Of a stretch of DNA of 61,672 nt, positions 49,766 to 60,366 are shown piece after piece. Origin of the DNA: Desulfurellales bacterium (GTDB lineage: Bacteria > Campylobacterota_A > Desulfurellia > Desulfurellales > Hippeaceae). A program made the position numbers and the translations under genes. Location of the stretch: NCBI GenBank assembly GCA_027045065.1, contig JALUBE010000120.1:1-61672 (forward strand), in the 5' to 3' direction. The notes beneath the pieces are model-generated. The model did not search any database. It was not told where the DNA came from and saw only the letters and a list, made by a program, of their open reading frames with translations. Position 1 is the first letter of the stretch, and every line of letters starts with the position of its first letter.

Positions 49766-50344
49766 ATGGAAAAGAAACCTTTTGCCAATCCGGGGCCTGC
49801 AGGTTTGATGGTTTTAGCGTTTTATTTGGCTGCCTTATGGCCTGTAGCTACACACAGAGCACCACACGAGATGATCAACGTACTAATAGCTTTGGGGTTT
49901 GCTGGTGGTTTGGTTCAATTTACAGCGGGCATCATTGATTTGAGAAACGGAGAGATTATGACAGGAAACATAATGCTCGCTTTTAGCGCATTTATGTGGT
50001 TGGGCTTTTGGGAGTTTTTAGGTAAGTCTTTTGGCTTTATACCAGAAAATACGTCCGTTGTTGATGGTTATGTTTTTATCGTTATGGGTATTCTAATGGT
50101 TGGTTTCACGTTTGGACACCTTAAAGCTCCAAAAATTTCATTGTTATTTATGATTTTTACCGACATTTTCTTCCTGAGTGCCGGTTCTTTCTTCCTGACC
50201 CATAATCTTGTACTTTGGAATATTGTGGGTATAGATTTGCCACTTGTAATTTTGAGTATTCTCTGGATCGTTTTTGGCATAGTTTTAAACGGTGTCTTCG
50301 GTAAGGAGATAGTGCCTATGGGGAAACCCTTAATCAAAGATTAG
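49766..50344 (+). CDS. GPR1/FUN34/YaaH (SatP-like) acetate/carboxylate channel
   Basis: ANPGPAGL signature, GGLVQF, 6 TM helices. Confidence 0.8.
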   Translation: MEKKPFANPGPAGLMVLAFYLAALWPVATHRAPHEMINVLIALGFAGGLVQFTAGIIDLRNGEIMTGNIMLAFSAFMWLGFWEFLGKSFGFIPENTSVVDGYVFIVMGILMVGFTFGHLKAPKISLLFMIFTDIFFLSAGSFFLTHNLVLWNIVGIDLPLVILSILWIVFGIVLNGVFGKEIVPMGKPLIKD

Positions 50345-50349
50345 AGCGA

Positions 50350-50769
50350 CTGTTTTCCGCTAAAGGCGCATACGCCTTAATAATAAGGTTAGATGAGACT
50401 TTGAAGATAACAGTTGGTAAGTTAGGTGATATTGATTTTAAAAATGGGTATTATGTTTATGTCGGCTCTGCATTGGGCGGTTTGAGACAGAGACTAAAAA
50501 GACACCTAAAAAGAGAAAAGAAGAAAAGGTGGCATATAGATTATCTCCTTGAACATGCTAAAGTGGAAAGTATATTTGTTTGGCTGTCTAAAAAGGGTAT
50601 TGAAGATAAGATTGCTTGTAAGCTTATGAAAAAATTCGATTATATAAACGGTTTTGGTAGCAGCGATTCAAAGTGTAAAAGCCACTTATTCTACTCGAAG
50701 GATAAAGATCAACTCGTAACGGCTTTATTTAAAGCTTTGCGCAGGCAATCAGTATTTGTTGAGTTTTAA
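50350..50769 (+). CDS. DUF123 / GIY-YIG (Uri) nuclease-like protein; start uncertain
   Basis: KGAYALII (upstream of the TTG call), GYYVYVGSA, RLKRH, WHIDYL, GFGSSDSKC.SHLF. Confidence 0.78.
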   Translation: MFSAKGAYALIIRLDETLKITVGKLGDIDFKNGYYVYVGSALGGLRQRLKRHLKREKKKRWHIDYLLEHAKVESIFVWLSKKGIEDKIACKLMKKFDYINGFGSSDSKCKSHLFYSKDKDQLVTALFKALRRQSVFVEF

Positions 50770-51849
50770 GACGGTCATACTCTCAACGTGGTGTGTCTGG
50801 GGGAACATATCGTAAAGTTTAATCTTTTCCAGCGTGTATTTGTTTTTTATGATATTCAAGTCCCTTGATAGCGTAGCCATATCACAGGATATATAGATAA
50901 CGTGTTTTACGTTTTTCTTTAAAAGCCATCGGGCCACCTCTTTTGCCCCTTCTCTTGGCGGATCCAATATAACAAGATCGAATCCACCTTTAATCTTGAA
51001 TGGCTCGAAGAGGTTTTTCCTTATAATGCTGACATTTTTTAAGTCAAAGTTGCTAACGTTTCTCTTCAAGGAAGAAATAGCCGGTAGGTCGAGCTCTACA
51101 GCGTAGATTTTGTATCCTTTTTTAGCCAAAGGGATTGTGAAGTTGCCGATACCACAGAACAACTCCAAGATGTTTGACGGGTTTATTGTGGACACTTCAC
51201 TCAATAGGTCTCGTATGATTTTGAGGTTTATTTCCCTGTTTATCTGCGTAAATGCATCCTTTTTGTAAAACAGTGGCTGCTCAAGGTTTAAGTTTAACAT
51301 CATCTCGTCTGTATTGATATTGCCATAATCGTCTACTTGAACCCTCATATACTTAAAACATCTATTGTTCCTTATAAACTCGTTTATCCCTTCATTTGCT
51401 ATCTTACATTCACGGATCGGCGTAAACTGATTTGTGCTCTTTTTGTAAAAACCCCACTTACCGTTTCTGCATTTAAAGTCCACCCTTCTCCTGTAGTACC
51501 ATTGTTTTTCTGACGGTATGATCTCTGGTATTTCATTTAATTCTATCTTGCCGATCCTTTTTAGTGTCGATACAAAAACATCCTGTTTTAGCTTTAACTG
51601 GTATTCGTAACTTGCGTGCTGTAGGTCACAACCACCACAGGTTAAGTAATATGGGCATTCGGGTTTAGTCCTATACTCTGAAGGCTTTAAAATCTCTGTT
51701 GCCACTGCTTTAATAAAGCCCTTCTTTTCTTGGGTTATCTCAATATCTACCACCTCATTTGGTAAAGCGTTTTCCACGAACACGATTTTACCGTTTAACA
51801 TTCCCGTTCCGTATGCACCATTTGCAAATCCGTTAATTTTCAGCCTCAT
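50749..51849 (-). CDS. rlmD: RNA (uracil-5)-methyltransferase, RlmD/TrmA family
   Basis: TRAM domain, CPYYLTCGGC, FTQIN, ELFCGIGNF, DPPREG, YISC, DMFPQTHHVE. Confidence 0.85.
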   Translation of the reverse strand: MRLKINGFANGAYGTGMLNGKIVFVENALPNEVVDIEITQEKKGFIKAVATEILKPSEYRTKPECPYYLTCGGCDLQHASYEYQLKLKQDVFVSTLKRIGKIELNEIPEIIPSEKQWYYRRRVDFKCRNGKWGFYKKSTNQFTPIRECKIANEGINEFIRNNRCFKYMRVQVDDYGNINTDEMMLNLNLEQPLFYKKDAFTQINREINLKIIRDLLSEVSTINPSNILELFCGIGNFTIPLAKKGYKIYAVELDLPAISSLKRNVSNFDLKNVSIIRKNLFEPFKIKGGFDLVILDPPREGAKEVARWLLKKNVKHVIYISCDMATLSRDLNIIKNKYTLEKIKLYDMFPQTHHVESMTVLKLNKY

Positions 51850-51896
51850 GGTAAAAATTATTGCATGTTTTGCTCTTGATTTGCAATACTAAAAAC

Positions 51897-53015
51897 GTGA
51901 GGAAGGAACTTTACGTCTATATACATATTCCTTTTTGCTATAAAAAATGTCCGTATTGTGCATTTGTATCCTTTGAGAAGAGTCTTAATCTTTTAGACGA
52001 CTATGTTAAGGCTTTGGTAAGTCAGATAAGGAACTTTGATAGTGAAAATTACGCTGTAAAAACTGTTTACTTTGGTGGCGGCACGCCAACCGTTCTAAGG
52101 GTAAAACACATTGAAAAAATACTCAAAGCTTTAGAAGATACATTCGATTTGGCAATAGAGGAGATGACTATAGAGGCGATACCTAACAACGTAAAATCTA
52201 ACTATATAAAGGCACTCAAGTCTTTAGGTTTTAACAGGTTGAGCATAGGTGTTCAATCCTTTCGTGATGAAAAGCTTAAGATTTTGGATAGGATTCACAA
52301 TTCAAAGGATTCTATTCAAGCCGTAGAAACAGCATTTAAATGTGGTTTTGATAACATTAGTATAGATTTGATTTACGGTATCGGAGACAGTTTGAGTACT
52401 TTTGAAGGTGAATTGGATTTTGCTTTGGGCTTACCCATAAAACATATCTCTACATACATGCTGTCAATTGAAGAAGGGACACGTTTTTTCGAGCTATTAC
52501 AAAACGGTAAATTGAATTTACCCGACGATGGACTTGTTTCAAATCTTTATATGGTGCTTTGTGAAAAACTTAATAAAAACAGCTTTGAGCAATATGAGAT
52601 ATCAAACTTTGCTAAAAGAGACTTTTACTCAAGACACAACCTGGCTTATTGGACTTATAAAGAGTATGCAGGCTTTGGCGTGTCTGCAGCGTCGTTTTTG
52701 GATAGAAAAAGGTTAAAGGTCACTGATGATTTGTATAAATACATCAGAAATCCAACGACTTCGACATGCGTTGAAGAGATTTTAAATGAAGAAGACCTAA
52801 TAAAAGAGATGTTTATCTTGGGTTTGAGACTCAAGAAGGGTGTTGATTTGTATGAGTTTAAAAAGTTATTTGGTGTTGATTTGTTGTCTTACTATAAGGA
52901 AAAGATTAGTAAATTTTTAGACTTAGGATTTATGAAAATAGAAAACAATAGGATTGCTTTAAATGGCTGTAAGGCTTTTGTAGTTTCAAATGCCATCCTT
53001 AGCGAGCTTATATAA
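51897..53015 (+). CDS. hemW: Radical SAM heme chaperone HemW
   Basis: YIHIPFCYKKCPYCAF, GGGTPT, YEISNF, HNLAYW; likely GTG start at 51897. Confidence 0.88.
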   Translation: MRKELYVYIHIPFCYKKCPYCAFVSFEKSLNLLDDYVKALVSQIRNFDSENYAVKTVYFGGGTPTVLRVKHIEKILKALEDTFDLAIEEMTIEAIPNNVKSNYIKALKSLGFNRLSIGVQSFRDEKLKILDRIHNSKDSIQAVETAFKCGFDNISIDLIYGIGDSLSTFEGELDFALGLPIKHISTYMLSIEEGTRFFELLQNGKLNLPDDGLVSNLYMVLCEKLNKNSFEQYEISNFAKRDFYSRHNLAYWTYKEYAGFGVSAASFLDRKRLKVTDDLYKYIRNPTTSTCVEEILNEEDLIKEMFILGLRLKKGVDLYEFKKLFGVDLLSYYKEKISKFLDLGFMKIENNRIALNGCKAFVVSNAILSELI

Positions 53016-53043
53016 TTGACACCTAAGGGATTTTGACTATAAT
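53016..53043 (+). promoter_or_regulatory. Consensus sigma70 promoter of tRNA-Leu-metK
   Basis: TTGACA-16 nt-TATAAT, 14 nt upstream of the tRNA. Confidence 0.8.
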
Positions 53044-53057
53044 CTCTGTTTGAGCGT

Positions 53058-53145
53058 GCCGAAGTGGCGGAACTGGCAGACGCGCTAGATTCAGGGTCTA
53101 GTGGGCTTTATGCCCGTAGGGGTTCGACCCCCCTCTTCGGCACCA
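53058..53145 (+). tRNA. tRNA-Leu (CAG)
   Basis: GCCGAAG/CTTCGGC acceptor stem, CTAGA-ttCAGgg-TCTAG anticodon arm, long variable arm, GGTTCGA T-loop, encoded CCA. Confidence 0.96.
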
Positions 53146-53175
53146 ATTTTTCTTAAAAAAAGAAAGGAGCCTGCC

Positions 53176-54336
53176 GTGAGAAACGATGAAATTTTCCTAT
53201 TTACATCAGAATCCGTTACAGAGGGTCATCCAGATAAGGTTGCAGACCAGATATCGGATGCTATTCTGGATGCCATTATTAAGGATGACAAGAACTGTCG
53301 TGTTGCCTGTGAGACACTTTTAACAACTGGTATTGTCTTTGTTTCAGGGGAAATTACAACATCCACCTATGTGGAAATTCCAGAAATCGTAAGACAAACT
53401 ATCAAAGAAATTGGCTATACAAATGCCGATTATGGTCTTGACTATAAGTCATGTGCCGTTGTTACGTCGATTGATAAACAATCTCCTGATATTGCAATAG
53501 GCGTCAACAAGGGTGAATCTTTGGGTGCCGGTGATCAAGGGATGATGTTCGGCTATGCTACAGATGAAACAGAGGAGTTTCTGCCTTTAACGATAGTTTT
53601 GGCCCATAAACTGGCAAAAAGGTTGGCTGATGTTAGAAAGCAGGGGCTTCTGCCATACTTAAGACCTGATGGTAAAACACAGGTAACAATCAGATATAAG
53701 GGTTTTGATCCTGACAAGGTTACAGCTGTTGTAGTTTCTGCTCAGCACGATCCAAATATTGAGCTTGAGCAATTGAGAAAGGACATTGTTCAGTATGTTA
53801 TAAGATACGTAATTCCCCAAGAACTTTGGGATCCTGATATAAAGCTCTACATAAACCCAACTGGTAGGTTTGTTTTGGGAGGACCACATGCCGATACTGG
53901 TTTAACTGGTAGGAAAATAATAGTTGACACGTACGGTGGTGTTGCTGCACATGGCGGTGGTTCTTTCTCTGGAAAGGATCCGACGAAAGTTGATAGGTCT
54001 GGTGCCTATATGGCAAGGTATATTGCAAAAAACATCGTCGCAGCGGGTATTGCAAGGAGATGTGAGGTTCAATTGGCATACGCCATTGGTGTTGAAGAAC
54101 CGGTAAGCATAATGCTACACACATACGGTACGGGTAAACTTCCAAAGGAAGAGATAAAAAAACTTATCGTTGACACGTTTGATTTAACACCCAAAGGTAT
54201 GATAGAGACCCTCGACCTTTTGAGGCCAATCTATAGGAAAACGGCGGCGTACGGACATTTTGGAAGGAATGATAAGGATTTCACCTGGGAGAGAACGGAT
54301 AAAGCTGAAGAGTTGAGAAGAAAAGCGGGGTTGTAA
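53176..54336 (+). CDS. metK: S-adenosylmethionine synthetase
   Basis: [35 protein letters not shown]; start GTG 53176 after AAGGAG (the ORF-track start lies inside the tRNA). Confidence 0.97.
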   Translation: MRNDEIFLFTSESVTEGHPDKVADQISDAILDAIIKDDKNCRVACETLLTTGIVFVSGEITTSTYVEIPEIVRQTIKEIGYTNADYGLDYKSCAVVTSIDKQSPDIAIGVNKGESLGAGDQGMMFGYATDETEEFLPLTIVLAHKLAKRLADVRKQGLLPYLRPDGKTQVTIRYKGFDPDKVTAVVVSAQHDPNIELEQLRKDIVQYVIRYVIPQELWDPDIKLYINPTGRFVLGGPHADTGLTGRKIIVDTYGGVAAHGGGSFSGKDPTKVDRSGAYMARYIAKNIVAAGIARRCEVQLAYAIGVEEPVSIMLHTYGTGKLPKEEIKKLIVDTFDLTPKGMIETLDLLRPIYRKTAAYGHFGRNDKDFTWERTDKAEELRRKAGL

Positions 54337-55596
<1,260 letters not shown>

Positions 55597-55611
55597 AAGG
55601 AGTTTGGTAGG

Positions 55612-56637
55612 ATGAAAGAAAAGGTATTGGAAGAGCTGAAGAAGGTTTTTTATCCAGGAAAGACGCACAGTGTTGTACAGGAGGGGATAATTGATGATGT
55701 TGTTATAGAGGACAGTAAGGTAATTGTTAAGATAAAGACAAAGGAGAAAAACCAAGCTGTGATCGATATGCTCAAAAGGAGCATACCCTTAAGCTTAAAG
55801 AAACTGGATGGTGTTGATGATGTAGAACTTGAGATAGAAAAAATTGTGGAAGAAAAAGAGAAAGTAGCCGAAATAAAGTACGTAATAGCAACAACCTCTG
55901 GTAAAGGTGGGGTAGGAAAATCCACGGTTAGCGTAAACACAGCGCTCGCTTTAGCCAAATTTGGCTATAAAGTTGGTCTTTTGGATGCAGATATTTATGG
56001 GCCTAACATTCCCACGATGATGGGTATAGATGGAGTTCCTGTGACTCTTGATCCAGATCACAAAGACAAAATATTGCCAATTACGAAGTACGGTATAAAG
56101 GTGTTGTCCATTGGAAACCTTGTTCCTAGAGATTCGGCTATAATTTGGAGAGGCCCTTTGATAAATCAAGCAATCAAACAATTTTTAGAGGATGTTAGCT
56201 GGGGTAATTTAGATTTCTTGGTAGTTGATTTACCGCCAGGTACTGGTGATGCTCAGCTTACTTTGGCCCAAGAAACCAAAGTAAGCGGGGGTATAATAGT
56301 GATAACTCCTCAGAATGTTGCTATGAGCGATGCAGCAAAAGCCAATGATTTTTTCAAAAAATTAAAGATCCCTGTATTAGGTGTGATTGAAAATATGAGC
56401 TACTTTATCTGTCCGAATTGTGGCGCAAGGACAGATATATTTGATCATGGTGGTGCAAGAAGATTTGCAGAGGAGAATAACTTACCATTTCTTGGTGAAA
56501 TTCCAATTGATATTGAGGTAAGGGAAGGTGGAGATAAAGGTAAACCTGTGGTCGTTGCTAATCCGACATCCCCTGTATCTCAAGCTTTTGAGGATGTAGC
56601 AAGGAACATAATTGAAAAAGTTAAAACCCTCGGATAG
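55612..56637 (+). CDS. mrp: Mrp/NBP35 Fe-S cluster carrier ATPase
   Basis: SGKGGVGKST, DADIYGP, DLPPGTGD, ENMSYFICPNC. Confidence 0.93.
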   Translation: MKEKVLEELKKVFYPGKTHSVVQEGIIDDVVIEDSKVIVKIKTKEKNQAVIDMLKRSIPLSLKKLDGVDDVELEIEKIVEEKEKVAEIKYVIATTSGKGGVGKSTVSVNTALALAKFGYKVGLLDADIYGPNIPTMMGIDGVPVTLDPDHKDKILPITKYGIKVLSIGNLVPRDSAIIWRGPLINQAIKQFLEDVSWGNLDFLVVDLPPGTGDAQLTLAQETKVSGGIIVITPQNVAMSDAAKANDFFKKLKIPVLGVIENMSYFICPNCGARTDIFDHGGARRFAEENNLPFLGEIPIDIEVREGGDKGKPVVVANPTSPVSQAFEDVARNIIEKVKTLG

Positions 56638-56646
56638 GAGGGAATT

Positions 56647-57315
56647 ATGAGTATTTTTGATTTATTTAGGAAATCACCTTTCATTGCTATCAATGAGATG
56701 ATGAAAGAGGTAGCTGAGTGTACAATAAGGATTCCTGATCTCTATGATGCATTTATAAATGGCGATAAAGAAGAGGTTAAAAGAATAGCTCAGGAGATAT
56801 CTGAACACGAATACAAGACAGATAAAATAAAGGACAGTATTAGACAAAGTTTGCCCAATAGTATATTCATGCCTGTTGCAAGAGGTGATATACTTCAAAT
56901 TATAACTTCTATGGATGCTATAGCTGATAAATCGGAAGATGTCGGAGTTTTAATGACTTTTAAGAGTGTTCACGTTCCAGATGAAATAAAAGGTAAAATA
57001 AAGGATTTTACGAAAGCTGTTTTAAATGTTGTGGATTTATCTAAACGGGTAATTGAAGAGCTCGAGGCTCTGCGAGAGGCGGGTTTCTCTGGTCCTGAAG
57101 CTAAAGAGGTAATATCTCTATTAGACAAGGTCAATGAATCTGAGCACGAAACAGACGTCATGCAATACGATTTAACGAAAATCATTATAGATAAATCTGA
57201 AGAAATGGACTGTGCATCTTTGATTTTGTGGCTTAAGATAATTGAAGCTACGGGCGATATTGCTAATGCTGCCGAAAAAATGTGCAACAGGATAAGGTTG
57301 ATTATTTCCCAATGA
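56647..57315 (+). CDS. DUF47/PhoU-like phosphate transport regulator
   Basis: EHE..D repeats, FMPVARGD, D.IAD..ED; directly upstream of pit. Confidence 0.85.
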   Translation: MSIFDLFRKSPFIAINEMMKEVAECTIRIPDLYDAFINGDKEEVKRIAQEISEHEYKTDKIKDSIRQSLPNSIFMPVARGDILQIITSMDAIADKSEDVGVLMTFKSVHVPDEIKGKIKDFTKAVLNVVDLSKRVIEELEALREAGFSGPEAKEVISLLDKVNESEHETDVMQYDLTKIIIDKSEEMDCASLILWLKIIEATGDIANAAEKMCNRIRLIISQ

Positions 57316-58559
57316 GTCCATTACTTGTAGTTCTGTTGGCTGCGGTTTTTGGCTTCTATATGGCGTGGAACATAGGAGCCAACGACGTGGCCAACGCAAT
57401 GGGAACGAGTGTAGGAGCCCGTAGCCTTTCCTTTCGCCAAGCAATCATTGTAGCTGCCATATTTGAGTTTTCAGGAGCGATGCTTGTGGGCAATCATGTT
57501 AGTTTAACAGTGGCAAAAGGTATTGTAAATCCATTGGCTTATTCGCAACAAGCTTTGGTTTTTGCCTATGGAATGTTGGCGACTCTTCTTTCTGCAGCCT
57601 TGTGGGTTAATATGGCTACGAAGTTGGGGATGCCTGTTTCCACAACACATTCAATTGTCGGTGGTGTTATTGGATTTGGTATTGCCACGCATGGTTTAGG
57701 CTCTATTGAGTGGGGAAAGGTTGTTACTATTGTTTTGAGTTGGATTGTATCGCCTATTAGTGGTGGCATTATATCTTTCTTAATCTTCCTTTTTATTTCG
57801 AAGAAAATCTTAAGCTATGATAAACCCGTTGTTGCAGCCAAAAAATATGCCCCATTTTTGGCGTTTTTGGTTTCTATAATTTTGGTTTTTTCCATGCTTT
57901 ACAAGGGTTTAAAGAATCTTCACCTTCATATGAGCTTTTCGCATGCTTTGATTATCGCAATCATTGTGAGTGTAATCTTTTACTTCGTTATATATAGAAT
58001 AGTTGCCAATATACCTGTTGATACTACCCTACCCTACAAAAGAAGATTTCCTCAGGTGGAAAGGGTCTTTGCGATACTGCAAGTAATCACGGCATCTTAC
58101 ATGGCCTTTTCCCATGGAGCTAACGATGTTGCTAATGCCGTAGGTCCTTTAATGGGTGCTGTTTATGCAGTAAAACTTACAGCTCATCAGCCTTTGTCTA
58201 TGCCCATCTGGGTTTTGAGTGTTGGTGCAGTAGGTATTGTTACGGGACTTTCTATGTATGGATACAAAGTCATACTCGTTGTTGGTAGAAAGATAACAGA
58301 TATGACGCCGTCGAGGGGCTTTGCAGCGGAATTTGGTGCTTCCACTACGGTTTTGGTGTGCTCTAAGATGGGCCTTCCCATATCTACAACACATACGCTT
58401 GTTGGGGCGGTCATTGGAGTCGGATTAGCTCGCGGAATTGATGCTTTAAACCTAAAGGTTTTGAAAGACATTGTTGTATCTTGGCTTTTGACGTTGCCCA
58501 TAGCTGCGGTGCTGTCAGCAGCCATTTTCTTTGCATTAAAGGGTCTGTTTTTAGGGTAA
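57312..58559 (+). CDS. PiT-family inorganic phosphate transporter
   Basis: GANDVANA twice, PVSTTHS, PISTTH; start ATG 57312 overlapping the upstream stop. Confidence 0.93.
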   Translation: MSPLLVVLLAAVFGFYMAWNIGANDVANAMGTSVGARSLSFRQAIIVAAIFEFSGAMLVGNHVSLTVAKGIVNPLAYSQQALVFAYGMLATLLSAALWVNMATKLGMPVSTTHSIVGGVIGFGIATHGLGSIEWGKVVTIVLSWIVSPISGGIISFLIFLFISKKILSYDKPVVAAKKYAPFLAFLVSIILVFSMLYKGLKNLHLHMSFSHALIIAIIVSVIFYFVIYRIVANIPVDTTLPYKRRFPQVERVFAILQVITASYMAFSHGANDVANAVGPLMGAVYAVKLTAHQPLSMPIWVLSVGAVGIVTGLSMYGYKVILVVGRKITDMTPSRGFAAEFGASTTVLVCSKMGLPISTTHTLVGAVIGVGLARGIDALNLKVLKDIVVSWLLTLPIAAVLSAAIFFALKGLFLG

Positions 58560-58560
58560 A

Positions 58561-59481
58561 ATGATCGTTTCATCCGTAGATATAGGAACAAACACAATAA
58601 GGTTGTTGGTTGCAAAAAGGGTGAAAGAGTGCAAATTTGATTTTTTGTTTAGAAAAAGTAGGATTGCACGTCTGGGTGAGGGTTTATCGAAAAGCGGCTA
58701 TTTGAGTAGCAACGCCATAAATAGGGCGATGGATATATTAGCTGAGTATGTTGATATTTCTAAGCAATTTAAGGCTGAAAGAATCTTCACCTGTGCTACA
58801 AGTGCCGTCCGTGAAGCAAAAAATGGCCATGAGTTTGTTGAAAAAGTAAAAGGTATGGGGATAGATTTAAAGGTTATAGATGCAAACAAAGAGGCATACC
58901 TTACACACAAGGGCATTGTTTACTTTTTAAAAGATAAGTTGGACGGTAAGAAATGGGTGGCATTTGATTTGGGTGGTGGAAGCACGGAGTTTATGTTTTC
59001 TTTCGGGGATAAGTTGAAAAGGGCTTTTAGCGTTCCCTTGGGCGTTGTAAAACTCCTTGAGACGTTCATAAAACACGATCCTCCACTAAAAAGTGAACTT
59101 GACGAAGCTGTGTCTTTTTTTATTGATAAGTTGAACGGATTTAATCCAGATAAGAACGTAGACATTGTTGTGGCAAATGCTGGTACTGTTACGAGTTTGG
59201 CAGCTATAGATTTAAAACTTGAAGGGTATTCTTATGAGAAAACTGAAGGGTATATTTTGAAAATCAAAAGCGTTGATAAAATTTTGGATAAAATGTTAAA
59301 ATTAAACTCGCACCAAAGGCTTGAAGAGTTTAAGATATTGGAAAGAGGAAGAGAGGATGTGATAGTCATTGGGGCATATTTAGTCAAAAGACTAATGGAA
59401 TATTTTGGTAAAGATTACCTTATGACGACAAATGGTAGCTTAAGGGAAGGTGTTTTGTTTGAGGAGTTGTGTTATGGATGA
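58561..59481 (+). CDS. ppx: Ppx/GppA family phosphatase
   Basis: DIGTNTIRL, ATSAVREAKN, DLGGGSTE, LREGV. Confidence 0.9.
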   Translation: MIVSSVDIGTNTIRLLVAKRVKECKFDFLFRKSRIARLGEGLSKSGYLSSNAINRAMDILAEYVDISKQFKAERIFTCATSAVREAKNGHEFVEKVKGMGIDLKVIDANKEAYLTHKGIVYFLKDKLDGKKWVAFDLGGGSTEFMFSFGDKLKRAFSVPLGVVKLLETFIKHDPPLKSELDEAVSFFIDKLNGFNPDKNVDIVVANAGTVTSLAAIDLKLEGYSYEKTEGYILKIKSVDKILDKMLKLNSHQRLEEFKILERGREDVIVIGAYLVKRLMEYFGKDYLMTTNGSLREGVLFEELCYG

Positions 59482-59791
59482 TGATAGGAGATCGGTTTAC
59501 AAAAAGCTATCAAAGAATGCCGATGAGATAAGAGGTGTTCTCAAGTCTGAAAATTTCAATTTGGCTGAAGCGGATAGGCTTTTTAGAGAGAGGAATACAC
59601 TGTTTTATCAGCTAAAGGATGTTTTTTTGGCAAAAGACGTTGGAGAAGATGAACTTGAGTTGATTGAAGGCATGATAAATGACAACAACGAACTTCTGGC
59701 AATGATAGAGGGAAAGAAAAAGGAAATGGAGAGGAATTTTAAAAAAAGGGAAGCGGACGCTAAGAAAATAACCTCTTATCTTAAAGGTTGA
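59474..59791 (+). CDS. Small helical protein, possibly FliT-like
   Basis: RBS GAGGAG; all-helical charged ~105 aa with L..ER..L pattern and terminal K.I.SY. Confidence 0.55.
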   Translation: MDDDRRSVYKKLSKNADEIRGVLKSENFNLAEADRLFRERNTLFYQLKDVFLAKDVGEDELELIEGMINDNNELLAMIEGKKKEMERNFKKREADAKKITSYLKG

Positions 59792-59800
59792 AGGAGGTAG

Positions 59801-60361
59801 ATGATGAGGCTGTCAAAGGAAAACTGTGTGCTTTTGGTCATCGATATGCAGGAAAAGCTGTGCAAGGTTATGAAGGAATTGGATAGAACAACAAAAAATA
59901 TTAGGTTGTTAATTGAGGCTGCCAATGAGTTCAGCATGCCCATCGTTTATACGGAACAGTATCCCAAGGGTTTGGGTGAGACAATAGAGCCATTGAAGTC
60001 GCTCCTTGAAAAGTACAACGCCAAGAGATTTGATAAGATGTCGTTTTCGGCCTTGAAGATAGATGAGATAAAGAGTCACCTTGAAAATCTGGGAAAGAAA
60101 ACGGTAATTTTGACAGGTATTGAATCCCATATATGTGTTCTGTCCACTGCCATAGACTTGAAAGATAACGGTTATAATGTAGTTGTAGCGTCAGATGCAA
60201 CCACATCAAGAGAGAAGGAATTTTACGATACAGCCATGAATTTTTACAATGGTCAATCAATACCCACTATTCCAGCAGAAACGATAGTGTTCTACTGGCT
60301 TGAGTTTGCTGGAACAGATTCGTTTAAGAAACTACAGAAGATCATTCTCGGTAGAGAATAG
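59801..60361 (+). CDS. Isochorismatase/cysteine hydrolase family protein
   Basis: LLVIDMQEK, TEQYPKGLG, K.SFS, GIESHICV. Confidence 0.9.
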   Translation: MMRLSKENCVLLVIDMQEKLCKVMKELDRTTKNIRLLIEAANEFSMPIVYTEQYPKGLGETIEPLKSLLEKYNAKRFDKMSFSALKIDEIKSHLENLGKKTVILTGIESHICVLSTAIDLKDNGYNVVVASDATTSREKEFYDTAMNFYNGQSIPTIPAETIVFYWLEFAGTDSFKKLQKIILGRE

Positions 60362-60366
60362 AAGCG

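Noticed and set aside
53058-53175. tRNA as a genomic-island attachment site
   Set aside because: No integrase, no duplicated 3' end seen, and housekeeping genes on both sides
53101-53175. N-terminal extension of MetK in the ORF track
   Set aside because: Overlaps the tRNA; the real start is GTG 53176 with an RBS
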